A stretch of 64,000 nucleotides of DNA from Ranitomeya imitator (lineage: Eukaryota). Below, in pieces: positions 23,270 through 35,559 of the stretch (its first letter is position 1; each line of letters starts with the position of its first letter). The notes under the pieces were generated by a model. It was not told the DNA's origin. It ran no database searches and saw only the letters and a program-made list of their open reading frames with translations. The DNA lies in contig NC_091288.1 in assembly GCF_032444005.1 (NCBI RefSeq), forward strand, positions 16,244,001 to 16,308,000, in the 5' to 3' direction. The position numbers and the translations under genes are program-made.

Positions 23270-24960
23270 CATATAGATGTCAGTGACATCTTTGATGTGA
23301 GGAAATCGCATCCTCGCATTACAGACTGATGACATATACGGATCACTGTTCATGAAACATTTGTGCGATTCTTGTCTGTGAAAACGGACCGATTTTTTTT
23401 TTATACGTCTAGTGTTACTCCGGCCTAAGTGCGAAAGTTTTGTATTGTGGGAATAATCTGGTCTTGGCATCTTCGCTACATTTTCTAGTAGTGTGAGATT
23501 CATCAGCAATTCACGAAAATAATAGGCGTGAAAATGGGAAAAATTGTCTATGATTCAGTGGTACAGTATGCGTTCTCTCTAAGTGGTCAGTCATGAAGTT
23601 AGAAATGCTTTGCAGTGTGGAACGAGAGGAAAGTTTACAGGTGAAAATGAGAGTGCATTTAGCCCATATGTGGTATTATTGGCAGAAATTGCTATACATA
23701 CCTTTACTTTATTCTCATACATTTTTTCCGCCTCTACCATCGGTTGTGCATATGAATTAATAAAGTAACCAAATAAGTAACTTCAAGTCTGCCTGTTGAG
23801 ACAGTTACTTGGTAGTAAAGTCCTGTGATTACAGCAGCCTCGGCACTGATTCCAGCAATCAGGTTCTTTCTCCCTGCACTGTGGGAGGGTAGGAGTGGCG
23901 AATGCAAAGGGAGCCAGCGGGTTTGTGGAAACAGAAATCAGAGATCCGGCCTCTCGTTCAAACAGGTAAACTCTCTGGATTGTGGGAAGCGAGGAGAGGC
24001 AAGTGTAAAATGAGCAAGAAGAATCTGCGAGTCAGTAAATTAAATAACCTCTCTCCCACTTGTCATTAATAGCCATTTTTGTAATATCAAAGTAAATGCA
24101 TAAAACACAGCTACATAAACACTTTCCACCCAAATGGATATAGACAAGTGCTACTCTATAGTGTTCCGATATCACCATACAGTCCCTATATAATGCCTCT
24201 ATACTCTATCCTAATGCCATCATACAGAACTCACATATAACGTTGATAGATTTTCCATGTGTCCAAAAATTCCATAGTATCGTGCTTGTATTATACTTCA
24301 ATGTCGTATCCATACCCCCAGGAAGCGAAAAAATAAAACTTGTGTATAGTGTTTGAATAATACCGTCAAGAAGTGCTGCAAAATCAATCATCTAAAGTGA
24401 CTATAAGAGAGGATAGTGGTTGGTTAAAGTTACTAATATTCCTTATATTACTGCATGGGGTTTTCTGGAGACTGTTTTCCTATAAACTTTAGTTCGGGGA
24501 AACAGAACAGAAAATGAATGTAAAAAACAACGAAGGGAATTTTCTATAGCAATGTAATAATAATTTTATCTCTATGGCGCCAACATATCCCGCAGCACTT
24601 TACATTTTAGAGGGAACTTGTTCAGACAATAAACGTAAGACTTCTGCCGGACGGATAAAAGAACTTGGTGACAAGAAGTCTAGTTGTCCGATGAGATCAG
24701 ATTTAGAGGCTTTAATAAGCAACAAAAAAACAAACAAAAAATGTCCACTTAATTTAAGTATTAAATCAAATTCTTAAAAGACAAAGGGGAAGTCTTCCTG
24801 TGAAAGTTCTCAAGAAGTTTGGAGGCAAGAAAAATAGACAATATCCATCACTCACCTCAGATCGGGCGATGAAGCCAATTCAGGGGCCAGAAAAATGCCA
24901 CTTGCAAAGAATCATAGAAATTATACTGCGACACTGATGACAGCAACAACTATCTGTTAC

Positions 24961-25236
24961 GGCACGGTGGCTCAGTGGTTAGCACTACAGCCTTGCAGCG
25001 TTGGAGTCTTGGGTTCAAACCCCACCAAGGACAACATCTGCAAAGAGTTTGTATGTTCTCTCCGTGTTTGCGTGGGTTTCCTCCTGGTTCTCCGGTTTCC
25101 TCCCACATTCCAAAGACATACTGATAGGGATTCTAGATTGTGAGCCCCATTGGGGACAGTGATGATAATGTGTGCAAACTGTAAAGCGCTGCGGAATATG
25201 TTAGCGCTATAAAAAAAATAAAAGATTATTATTATT
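24961..25236 (+). mobile_element. tRNA-derived V-SINE-like element
   Basis: GGCACGGTGGCTCAGTGGTTAGCACT A-box head, GGGTTCAAA B-box, central GAGTTTGTATGTTCTC...GCGTGGGTTTCCTCC domain and AATAAA/(ATT)n tail. Absent at the equivalent site in copy A. Confidence 0.85.
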
Positions 25237-26263
25237 ACACTGTGACTGTTTTCGGTAAGGAAGGGGGGCCTCAAACTGTCCCTGGAACTGAGACCCTAAC
25301 TATCCCTGTCCCAGGAATACTCTTGAAGGTAGAGAGGCCCGGGTATCCTATCTTACTATGCTCGTGCTTAACCCTGATCTGTCCTCTCCCCCACCCCATG
25401 AGGCCTGGGACAGAACTGTAATGTAAACAAGACACAAAGACAAAATAGGAATAACAGAAAACCTCTATCATACAAACCAATAATAGGGAGGAGGATAGGG
25501 ACAGGGAGGAGTAAACTAAATGGGAAAGGGACCAGGAGATAAAAACACACGTACTTCAGCAAACCACAGAACACTACTACGAGTCTACTCCAACCACTTA
25601 GCTTTAGCAAACAGCACAGGGAGATGAATCTTTCACCGGCAGGGACAAGAAGGTCTGACCAGTTTATATAGGAAGAGGCAATGACCAGATCAGAATCAGC
25701 TGAAATGGAGCTGCATGTTTCTAACCAGCATAGAAAGGGTTGTTAACCTCTTCAGCACCAGAGGAAACTAAATCCCTTTATTATGGGGATACAATTGACA
25801 TCATCTCTAAAGAAGACCTGCGATTCATTACCCGACGTGACCGTCTAACTCCAGGTCTTCCAGGAAGATGTGTCACCCTTGTGACATTATCTATTCGCAT
25901 CTTTTTTGGAAAAGGTTTCAGAATCTGGGTCCCAAAAAAGAACAATAATCAAACAACATATACTACCAGGATGCCTGTCATATTCCATGTAAACAATGGC
26001 ATAATTGCTGTTTTCTTGTGTTCATCCTGACTTAAAAAGAAAATAAATTAATACAAAAAAATATCAAAAAGCAAACAAGTAGTCACATGTACTCATAAGT
26101 GGTACCAATGAACAAAACAATTAATCCTACAAAAAAATAAATCTTACTGAAGAAACCAGAAGAATAATAAAGCTACAGCCCTCCAAATAAGGCAACCCAA
26201 AGGCAACTATTCTAAGACCTTATTGTGCGGAAGCAGTAAAACATATAGTAAAGAATATATATA

Positions 26264-27916
26264 CAGTTAGGGCCAGAAATATTTGGACAGTGACACAATT
26301 TTTGCGAGTTGGGCTCTGCATGCCACCACATTGGATTTGAAATGAAACCTCTACAACAGAATTCAAGTGCAGATTGTAACGTTTAATTTGAAGGGTTGAA
26401 CAAAAATATCTGATAGAAAATGTAGGAATTGCACACATTTCTTTACAAACACTCCACATTTTAGGAGGTCAAAAGTAATTGGACAAATAAACATAACCCA
26501 AACAAAATATTTTTATTTTCAATATTTTGTTGCAAATCCTTTGGAGGCAATCACTGCCTTAAGTCTGGAACCCATGGACATCACCAAACGCTGGGTTTCC
26601 TCCTTCTTAATGCTTTGCCAGGCCTTTACAGCCGCAGCCTTCAGGTCTTGCTTGTTTGTGGGTCTTTCCGTCTTAAGTCTGGATTTGAGCAAGTGAAATG
26701 CATGCTCAATTGGGTTTAGATCTGGAGATTGACTTGGCCATTGCAGAATGTTCCACTTTTTGGCACTCATGAACTCCTGGGTAGCTTTGGCTGTATGCTT
26801 GGGGTCATTGTCCATCTGTACTATGAAGCGCCGTCCAATCAACTTTGCAGCATTTGGCTGAATCTGGGCTGAAAGTATATCCCGGTACACTTCAGAATTC
26901 ATCCGGCTACTCTTGTCTGCTCTTATGTCATCAATAAACACAAGTGACCCAGTGCCATTGAAAGCCATGCATGCCCATGCCATCACGTTGCCTCCACCAT
27001 GTTTTACAGAGGATGTGGTGTGCCTTGGATCATGTGCCGTTCCCTTTCTTCTCCAAACTTTTTTCTTCCCATCATTCTGGTACAGGTTGATCTTTGTCTC
27101 ATCTGTCCATAGAATACTTTTCCAGAACTGAGCTGGCTTCTTGAGGTGTTTTTCTGCAAATTTAACTCTGGCCTGTCTATTTTTGGTATTGATGAATGGT
27201 TTGCATCTAGATGTGAACCCTTTGTATTTACTGTCATGGAGTCTTCTCTTTACTGTTGACTTAGAGACAGATACACCTACTTCACTGAGAGTGTTCTGGA
27301 CTTCAGTTGATGTTGTGAACGGGTTCTTCTTCACCAAATTAAGTATGCGGCGATCATCCACCACTGTTGTCATCCGTGGACGCCCAGGCCTTTTTGAGTT
27401 CCCAAGCTCACCAGTCAATTCCTTTTTTCTCAGAATGTACCCAACTGTTGATTTTGCTACTCCAAGCATGTCTGCTATCTCTCTGATGGATTTTTTCTTT
27501 TTTTTTCAGCCACAGGATGTTCTGCTTCACCTCAATTGAGAGTTCCTTTGACCACATGTTGTCAGCCCACAGCAACAGCTTCCAAATGCAAAACCACACA
27601 CCTGGAATCCACCCCTGACCTTTTAACTACTTCATTGATTACAGGTTAACGAGGGAGACCCCTTCAGAGTTAATTGCAGCCCTTAGAGTCCATTGTCCAA
27701 TTACTTTTGGTCCCTTGAAAAAGAGGACGCTATGCATTACAGAGCTATGATTCCTAAACCCTTTCTCCGATTTGGATGTGGAAACTATCATATTGCAGCT
27801 GGGAGTGTGCACTTTCAGCACATATTATATATATAATTGTATTTCTGAACATGTTTTTGTAAACAGCTAAAATAACAAAACTTGTGTCACTGTCCAAATA
27901 TTTCTGGCCCTAACTG
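26264..27916 (-). mobile_element. Near-complete Tc1 transposon (1653 bp)
   Basis: TIR CAGTTAGGGCCAGAAATATTTGGACAGTGACACA at both ends, TA flanks inside a (TA)n tract. Confidence 0.95.
26519..27557 (-). pseudogene. Tc1 DD34E transposase with one N-terminal frameshift
   Basis: 316-aa ORF 26519-27469 with WTDETK, MDNDPKH and SPDLNPIE. The N-terminal MWSKELSIEVKQ lies in another frame across the poly-T run near 27490-27508. Confidence 0.85.
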
Positions 27917-28671
27917 TATATATATTTGCTATCACTGTAATTTTAGTGACCCACAGAAAACAAATGTCGCTTATACCTCATGGTAATAGGGATAATATTT
28001 CAATTAAAAAAAAAAATTGTAGAATTGCTGTTTTTCCATTCCTTTCTTTGCAAAATGTGAATTCAAGTTTTTCAATACTTTATATAAAACCAGAATATGG
28101 TAATTAAAAAACAACAAGCCCTAAACAAAATTAAAATATGGCTCTTGGTGATGAAGCTCCGGATTTCAATACAATCATCTGATGGTGGATCTTACTTCAT
28201 CTTGGAGAATTATTGCGCCGTCTTGAAGAATTATTAAGTTAATGATGCTAAATTGTAAACAAATCAAACAATATTAAAAGCTAAAAAAAAGTGTAAAAAT
28301 AAACAATAGTCTTTGTTCTCACTGTTCTTGTGATGTTTTTCCTTTTGTGACTTGCTCATATTTTGTGTAAGTAATGGCAGTGGAGCCTTCTGTGTGAAAT
28401 AAAAACTACATTTCACCATTAAGCAACAGCATTGAAAAATTAAAATGTTTGCTCTGAAAACAAAGTGACAAAACGGCAATGACAATGGAAAGGTTTTCCC
28501 GTGTGGCTATTCTGCTAAATAGGAAAAATCTGTTTACTGCTTGCTTTTATATGATGTAATAAAAGGTGTCTATAGTGAAAATGAAAGCAATGCAGCAAAC
28601 TTTTTCTGCACAGAATATCAAGAAGACGTCAGAATAACTTGGACAAACAGGTAACAATTCCTGTAGACTGG

Positions 28672-29336
28672 ATGATGTCCTGGCTTCTGAAGCTCTTGTT
28701 GGTACTGGAAATGATTAAAGTGAGGCCAAAGAAGATACAGAGAAGGATCATGAACAATCCATGTTTTCTGAGTAAAGATGAGATAAATGAAGCCGAAGAA
28801 GCTAAAGAACGAACCCAACGACTTTTATCTGATGCTCTGAAGAAAAAGGAAAGTCTCCTGGTGGAAGATCTGAAGGTGTTCGAAGACATGACCTTAAAGA
28901 CGCTTTATCCATTCATCACCACGGATCTAGTGAACGAGCTGATGCGAGAACTAGAGAAGGTGACGTTTGCAAAAAATAAATATCCTGTAAAAGATATTGG
29001 AGTTAACGCGTATGTATACCCCGGGTCTGACGATAGAACCATCCATCTATGTGCACCATTTTTTAAAATGGATCCAAAATCTAAATCCCAAGAAAGAACC
29101 ATTATCCACGAGGTTTCCCACTTTCTTGGTTATGGTCACACAGTCCAGAAGAACAGTGACAGAGTGAAGATGTCACCACAGTCCATGTTGTGTCCTCAGA
29201 CGACTTACTCTGTGGCTTCAGCCCTGACATTGGACATGGACCATCGAGGACCCTTCACAGATGGCTCCTACTCCTGCTGTGGTGAGACCTCCCGGGACAC
29301 CGTGTGTGAGAAATCCTGGGCTTGTAAGTACATAAG
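28672..29336 (+). CDS. Zinc metalloprotease-like protein, copy 2, protease exon (HEVSHFLGYGH)
   Basis: Intact ORF about 79% identical to copy 1 (hand count); motif at 29107-29139. Acceptor at 28613; phase-2 donor ATAAG|GTTGGT at 29336/29337. The unspliced frame stops at 29349. Confidence 0.8.
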
Positions 29337-30609
29337 GTTGGTGACATAAATTTCCATACAGTATATAGTTGGCTCCTATATATGTGCCCTATTTCATTCT
29401 TTTCCTTAGCTATGGTGGGCATACTTTCAAAGTTATGTTTGGCAGAAGTGTGACATAAGAAGGAGCGACGGTTCTGTGTTGTTTAGTTACTGTTTTTTTC
29501 CCCACTACTTTATTGTTAATCTTTGCACCTACAATTTTGAGACCGGAGAAACGTCCAGCGCTTGGTTTTATTTTCTGTATATGTTCAAAAGGAAATGAAA
29601 TAAAATAATAATACAATAATAAAATAAATATATAATATACAAGTATAAAATATAAAATATATCATCTAAATAAAGTAAACAAAATAATATTTAGAAAAAA
29701 AAAAAGTATGGTAATTTTATAGTTGCCAACTGCCGTGGAAATTACTGTGACTCTAGGACTAAATGGAGTTTATGCAAACCCCACCCAAAACAGGGAGCTA
29801 CAGGTGCTTTCCAAGATCGTTGGGGCTTTCCTGGGAGCTGGGAGATTGGGGTGGGACTTAAATGTCTGCAGAAATGTTGGCAATTATGTAACTTACTAAT
29901 TTATGGTTAATAATTGTGATCAGTAATACAAAAAACAAAAAAACACAATACTATCACCATAAGTGCCAGTATTCACAGGAGATCTGTACTTAGTATGCAG
30001 TGTCTGTGTAGAGGTAATACAGAGATCACTGGTGACATTATACACAGGACCTCTATATAGTATACAGTGTATAGTGTCAGTGTATAGGTAACACTGACTC
30101 ACCAGTGACGTCTCTAGGTGAAGTCCTTCATCTTTCATCCAGCACAGACCGCCATAATTTCTTCCAGCCAGGACTCGTTTCTGCAGGAAATAACACAGTT
30201 ATTTCAAGCTCCGCTTGCAGAACACATTACTTAATTTTTCACAACTTCTACATTACACCACATGAAGAAAAAAAGGCGATATAGTGTCACTCTGCACAGT
30301 AACAGGACCGCCCCCCCATTTAAAACAGTATACTCAAAAAATAAAATAAATACATCGCTGCAGTAATAATATCCCTTAATTAGCCCCTATGGTAATATTC
30401 CCCATCCTGGCCCCGTGTGTCTCATTCCTGGCTCCAGCCATATGTTCTCGCATCCTGCCCTCATGAGTATCCATTCTACACCATATGATCTCCCCATCCT
30501 GCCCCATCTGTCTCCATCGTATCCATCCTGCCCCATGATCCAATCCTGCCCCATGTCTTTCATTCTGCCCCGTGTCTCCAATCATGCCCCGTGTCTACAT
30601 TCTGCCCAT

Positions 30610-31545
30610 GCCTCCAGTCCTGCCCCCAGTGTGTCCAGCAATCTGCCCCAGTGTGTCCAGCATATTACCCCTAGTGTGTCCAGCATATTACCCCCAGTGT
30701 GTCCAGCATATTACCCCCAGTGTGTCCAGCAACCTGCCCCAGTATGTCCAGCATATTGCCCCAGTGTCCAGCAATCTGCCCCAGTGTCCAGCATTGCCCC
30801 AGCGTGTCCAGCAATCTGCCCCAGTGTGTCCAGCATATTACCCCCAGTGTGTCCAGCATATTACCCCCAGTGTGTCCAGCAATCTGCCCCAGTATGTCCA
30901 GCTTATTGCCCCAGTGTCCAGCAATCTGCCCCAGTGTGTCTAGCATTGCCCCCAGACAGTGTCTCCAGCAATCTGCCCCAGTGTCTGACTCCAGCATATT
31001 GCCCCCATTGTGTCCAGCAATCTGCCCCAGTGTGTCCAGCAATCTGCCCCAGTGTGTCCAGCATATTACCCCCAGTGTGTCCAGCAATCGGCCCCAGTAT
31101 GTCCAGCATATTGCCCCAGTGTGTCCAGCATTGCCCCCAGACAGTGTGTCCAGCAATCTGCCCCAGTGTGTCCAGCATATTACCACCAGTGTGTCCAGTA
31201 ATCTGCCCCAGTGTCTCCAGCATTGCTCCAGTGTCTCCAGCATTGCCCCAGTGTCTCCAGCAATCATCTGCCCTAGTGTGTCCTCCAGCATTGCCCCAGT
31301 GTGTCCAGCAGTCTTCCCCAGTGTCTCCAGCATTACCCCAGTGTGTCCAGCATTGCCCCAGTGTCTCCAGCAATCTGCCCCAGTGTGTCCTCCAGCATTG
31401 CCCCCAGTGTGTCCATCAATCTGCCCCAGTGTCTCCAGCATTGCCCCAGTGTCTCCATCATTGCCCAAGTGTGTCCAGCAATCTGCCCCAGTGTGTCCAG
31501 CAATCTGCCCCAGTGTGTCCAGCAATCTGCCCCAGTGTGTCCACC
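30610..31545. repeat. C-rich minisatellite (~20-24 bp units, CCCCAGTGTGTCCAGCAATCTG) inside a repeat element (~29900-31886)
   Basis: Direct tandem repetition with unit variants. Confidence 0.9.
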
Positions 31546-31890
31546 ATTAGCTTACCAAAAAAAAAAAAAAGAGTCTCCTCACCTGACCTGGCACTCCAGC
31601 GCTGAGCTCCCTCCAGCAGTGCACACTCGCCGGCGACTGACAATGACGTCAGACGCCGGCGACGTGTGCGCTGCGGCCGACATCAGCCGCCAGCCTCCAA
31701 TTGGCTGGCAGCTGTTGTTGTTAACTATTGACGTGCGGGCGCGCGGCCGCACGTCAATAGGAAAGCGCCGCAGCGCCGGAAGGGGCCCGGTGAGCAGACG
31801 AGACGGGGCCTGATGCGGGCACCCTCTCTCTGCCCACCGGGTCCGGGAACACATAAATGTCAGCGGGCAGTGGGCATTCACCACCACACT

Positions 31891-31996
31891 CAGGGGCGGA
31901 TTATCAGGGGGTCAATCTGTGCGGTAGCCCAGGGCCTCCCCACACCACTGGGCCCTGGGCTACCGCCCATATTGACCCTCTTATAATCCGCCCCTG
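31891..31996. mobile_element. Small hAT-like MITE
   Basis: TIRs CAGGGGCGGATTAT / ATAATCCGCCCCTG; no clear TSD. Confidence 0.55.
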
Positions 31997-32479
31997 ATAA
32001 TTAGTAATAGAACAGGAAGCCACAGTGTGTTGTATAAATAACAATGACATTTGCAATCTTGAGAACAAGCCTCCATCAGTAGTAACACCCATAGTATTCA
32101 CCAATAATCAGGGTACTTGGCCCATTAGCATTCCTTTAGCTATACATATTGATGGGGGAGAATTTATAAAGACTCTGAGCCTCCACTTTTGCTTATGTCA
32201 TTCATCTAAAACTAAACGCTGCAAAAGAGCAAAATGTTGCAACTCTCTTTTTTTATGGCAGAAAACTGTAATAAATTCCAACCTAACCCCCATATGTTTC
32301 CATGGTCTGTGACGGAATGATCGCTCCATAGCTCACAAACATGGCCGCTGCAATTTAGCTTCTTCTCAATTTCAAATAGAGGACAGCTAGCTTCTCAGCA
32401 CATAGTTTTGGTCATCAATCTTAGATTTTCTTTACATAAATAAAAGCATATATAAATGAAATTTTTTTTTGGTTAATAG

Positions 32480-32837
32480 AGAGATGTCCCGGAAGAACCC
32501 GTGGAGACATATGGGAAGATACAGAAACCTCTGAAGAAAAGACTCTACCAGAAAGCAGACAAGTACTGATACTCGGCCGGCGCACAGATTCATGTCTCAG
32601 GTGAAAAGACACATAGATCTGTTAAAGACGCAAAACAATTTGTTGAAGAAGCAGAAAAATCTGATTAAGAAACAAAACAATCTGATGAAGGGAAATGGTG
32701 CTGTTGTGAAGAAAAAGGCTGATATGGTGAAGCTACTGGCCAGTATGGTGGCGACAAAGGCTGATATGGTAAAAACACTGGCCAGTATGGTGAAGATAAA
32801 GGTGGATAGGGTGAAAAAAATGTTGATGTTTCCATGA
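32480..32837 (+). pseudogene. Copy 2 second exon: short heptad-repeat tail with a premature stop
   Basis: Acceptor TTTTTTTTTGGTTAATAG at 32479, phase 2 and in frame with MSQVKRHIDLLKTQNNLLKKQKNL..., which resembles the copy 1 tail. In-frame TGA at 32532-32534. Confidence 0.6.
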
Positions 32838-34127
32838 AGACTCTTCAAAGATGCTGACACCTGCAGTTATCATTTTAGATTGTAAACCAAATAAATTAGC
32901 ATTGTTCATCTGTGACTGTACATTTTTTCTAAAAGGAATAATATAATAATTACTTTTTTTTTTCAATAGTCTTTGACTTGAAAAGCAACATTGCAGCAAT
33001 GCTTCAGGCTGATGAAGCCTAGCAGAAGGATGGAAGGATGGGGAGCTGAGCAAGATAAGTCTGCACTTTGGCTAGCTATTAGTGGGGGTGAGTAGTACTC
33101 AGTTTACATGGTTCCCAGGGCTATAGTGAAGGCCACAGAGGAGGTGAGACAGCGTGCAGCTACCATTTATGTGCCAGCTGCAGTAGCGTAGCTACCGGGG
33201 GCAGAGGGTGTGACCGCCTCAGGCCCTACGCTCTGAGGGGGCCCACCTGGAGCTACACTACTGTAACTGCATCGGCACGCGCAATCTCCCTGCTCTGCCG
33301 CTATAGGGCTCCTAAGCAGGCGAGGGGGTCCGGTGCCAGCAGTGGGCCCCCCGCCTGTCATCGTAAGGTCAGCTGTATCGGCATCTAGCTGATACAGCTG
33401 ACCGCAGTGATGAGGGAAGGAGCGCTGCGCTCCTTCTCCCATCATCCCCCCCATTGTCTGACAGCGGGCTCGATGATGTCACCGCCTGGCGCCCGCTGTC
33501 AGATGAGAGGGAGCAGGGAGCGCCGCTGGAACATGGAGGAAGAGAGGTGAGTATTTATTGTGTTTTTTTTTTATGGGGGTGCTGTCTTATATACAGGATC
33601 TGCCTATGGGGGGGGGTGCTGCCTTATATATAGGACCCCCCCACCCCTCTTATCAAACAAGCTGTAAAAGGCTGGAGAAGGCTTCAACCAAGTCAGGAAT
33701 GCCTTCGCCCTATATCGTTGAGACTATTCCTTCGATAATATCACAACATCACAATCTCCTTATCAGTGGCAAGTCGCTCGTATCAGCAGCCCTCGCTATC
33801 TCTTTGTTTGCAGCGCAGCGCGCATTAGTGATTTGTTACAGCGGTCAAAAAACTCAGAGTCAGAAGGCGGTTTAATCAACGAAGGACTTAGTAATTTGCA
33901 GCGACGCTCTGCGCACTCACGTATTGCGATCTCGCTGATAGAGGCACCTGGGTCTCGGTTAACTCATCCAAGGGACCAATATCGCCTCTATATAAATAAA
34001 ATTTAAAAAAATTCACGAGGCCGAAGTGCAGACAAGGGGCTGCTGTAATTCCTCATTTTTTCCCAAATAAATCACCTGACTTCCTCAAGTAACATATCTT
34101 GTCTCTTACAGGGTCTATAAACCCACA

Positions 34128-34690
34128 GTTTGGGTATTAAGCCATTCTTATGTCTAAGGTGCGAGCAAAAGAGCCGAACTACGGCCAGGTGGAAAAGATC
34201 TAGGCTGCCTGGGTCTAACGTTCAGCTGTAGAGGTATCAGAGGTCTCCAATGGCAACATGTGTTCCCAGAAATAGTCAACATCGCTAAGAGGGCCGAAGG
34301 GCCGGCGATATTAGTGTTGCATGCCAGTGGCAATGATCTAGCAAGCAAAGATTGCTGAGCTCTGTACAGTGATGTCAACAGACATGGAGCAGTTTATCTG
34401 TTTATTACCGGATATGATATTGGTGTGGTCGGAGATAGTGCCGCAAGCCATCAGGCACGGAGCTAAGGAAGCAAAAGCCATAGAGAAATCACGAAGAAAG
34501 ATCAACGCACGGATAGCGAAATTTGTAAAGGGAAAATCGTCGTTGACCGGCTGGAAGGAAATAACTCGGCACTATTGAGACCAGATGGAATTCACTTCAC
34601 AGACATTGGTCTCCTCATATTTCTATCAGGTTTGCAGGATGGAGTTGAACAGGCCCTAACGTTGATGGGTGGGGGTCGAAGTCACGTGTA
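34128..34690 (+). mobile_element. Decayed SGNH-hydrolase ORF, probably from a Ngaro/DIRS-order retroelement 3' fragment (~34000-34900)
   Basis: VWVLSHSYV*GA...GIRGLQW...LVLHASGNDL...WSEIVP...RPDGIHF, matching SGNH blocks I, III and V, with stops and a frameshift. Confidence 0.6.
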
Positions 34691-34915
34691 GGTAGTACTC
34701 ATGATCCTCCGTGGCGGAAGTGGAGGAAGGGGCGAAGCTTCGTAGCCGCTCATTGGCTGGCCGCCAGTCGGTCGCAGACTAGGCCCACGGCTGTGAGCCC
34801 GTTGCGAAATGTAATTTGTCCCTCCCTGCATATCAAATTAATAAACTGTGACCGACTAGTTCAACCCATCTAAGCCTGCTCATGTTGTCTTTTCGGGATT
34901 GGTGGTAGGGGGGAA

Positions 34916-35429
34916 GTATTGGGGTATCAGGTGCAGTAATAGGGATACATACGGCAGCAGCGGCTCAGTATTGGGGTATCAGGTTCAGTAATAGGGTCAC
35001 ATACGGCAGCAGAGGCTCAGTATTGGGGTATCAGGTTCAGTAATAGGGTCACATACGGCAGCAGAGGCTCAGTATTGGGGTATCAGGTGCAGTAATAGGG
35101 ACACATATGGCAGCAGCGGCTCAGTATTGGGGTATCAGGGGCAGTAATAGGGACACATACGGCAGCAGGGGCTCAGTATTGGGGTATCAGGTGCAGTAAT
35201 AGGGTCACATACGGCAGCAGCGGCTCAGTATTGGGGTATCAGGTGCAGTAATAGGGACACATACGGCAGCAGAGGCTCAGTATTGGGGTATCAGGTGCAG
35301 TAATAGGGACACATACGGCAGCAGCGGCTCAGTATTGGGGTATCAGGTTCAGTAATAGGGACACATACGGCAGCAGAGGCTCAGTATTGGGGTATCAGGT
35401 GCAGTAATAGGGACACATACGGCAGCAGC
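34916..35429. repeat. 52-bp satellite, ~10 copies
   Basis: Unit CAGTATTGGGGTATCAGGTGCAGTAATAGGGACACATACGGCAGCAGCGGCT. Confidence 0.92.
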
Positions 35430-35559
35430 TATCTTAAGAACATGGCAAATGTGATTATACCACTTGGTTTGATCGCTACACTCCAGACCTAGCAGTGCTC
35501 ATGTGTGGGTAGTATTTCTTTCCCCTTTTTTTACTTAGTAATAGGGACACATACGGTAG

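Larger units (their letters stand above)
19197..23425. mobile_element. Non-autonomous Harbinger-type element carrying nested Tc1 and Gypsy fragments
   Basis: TIRs GGCCAGAGTCACACTAGA / TCTAGTGTTACTCCGGCC with TAA TSD (19194-19196, 23426-23428). Confidence 0.75.
24620..29400 (+). repeat. Segmental duplication unit, copy B (paralog of ~392-3300) with added SINE and Tc1
   Basis: Colinear match to copy A once 24961-25236 and 26264-27916 are removed. Confidence 0.95.

Noticed and set aside
24961-25035. tRNA-like sequence
   Set aside because: It is the head of a SINE, continuing into the SINE body and tail.
30415-31605. Long Pro/Cys/Gln/Ser-rich ORFs (396, 283, 284 aa) resembling keratin-associated or cornifin-like proteins
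   Set aside because: They are open in several frames on both strands of a minisatellite within a repeat element, with no splice or paralog support.
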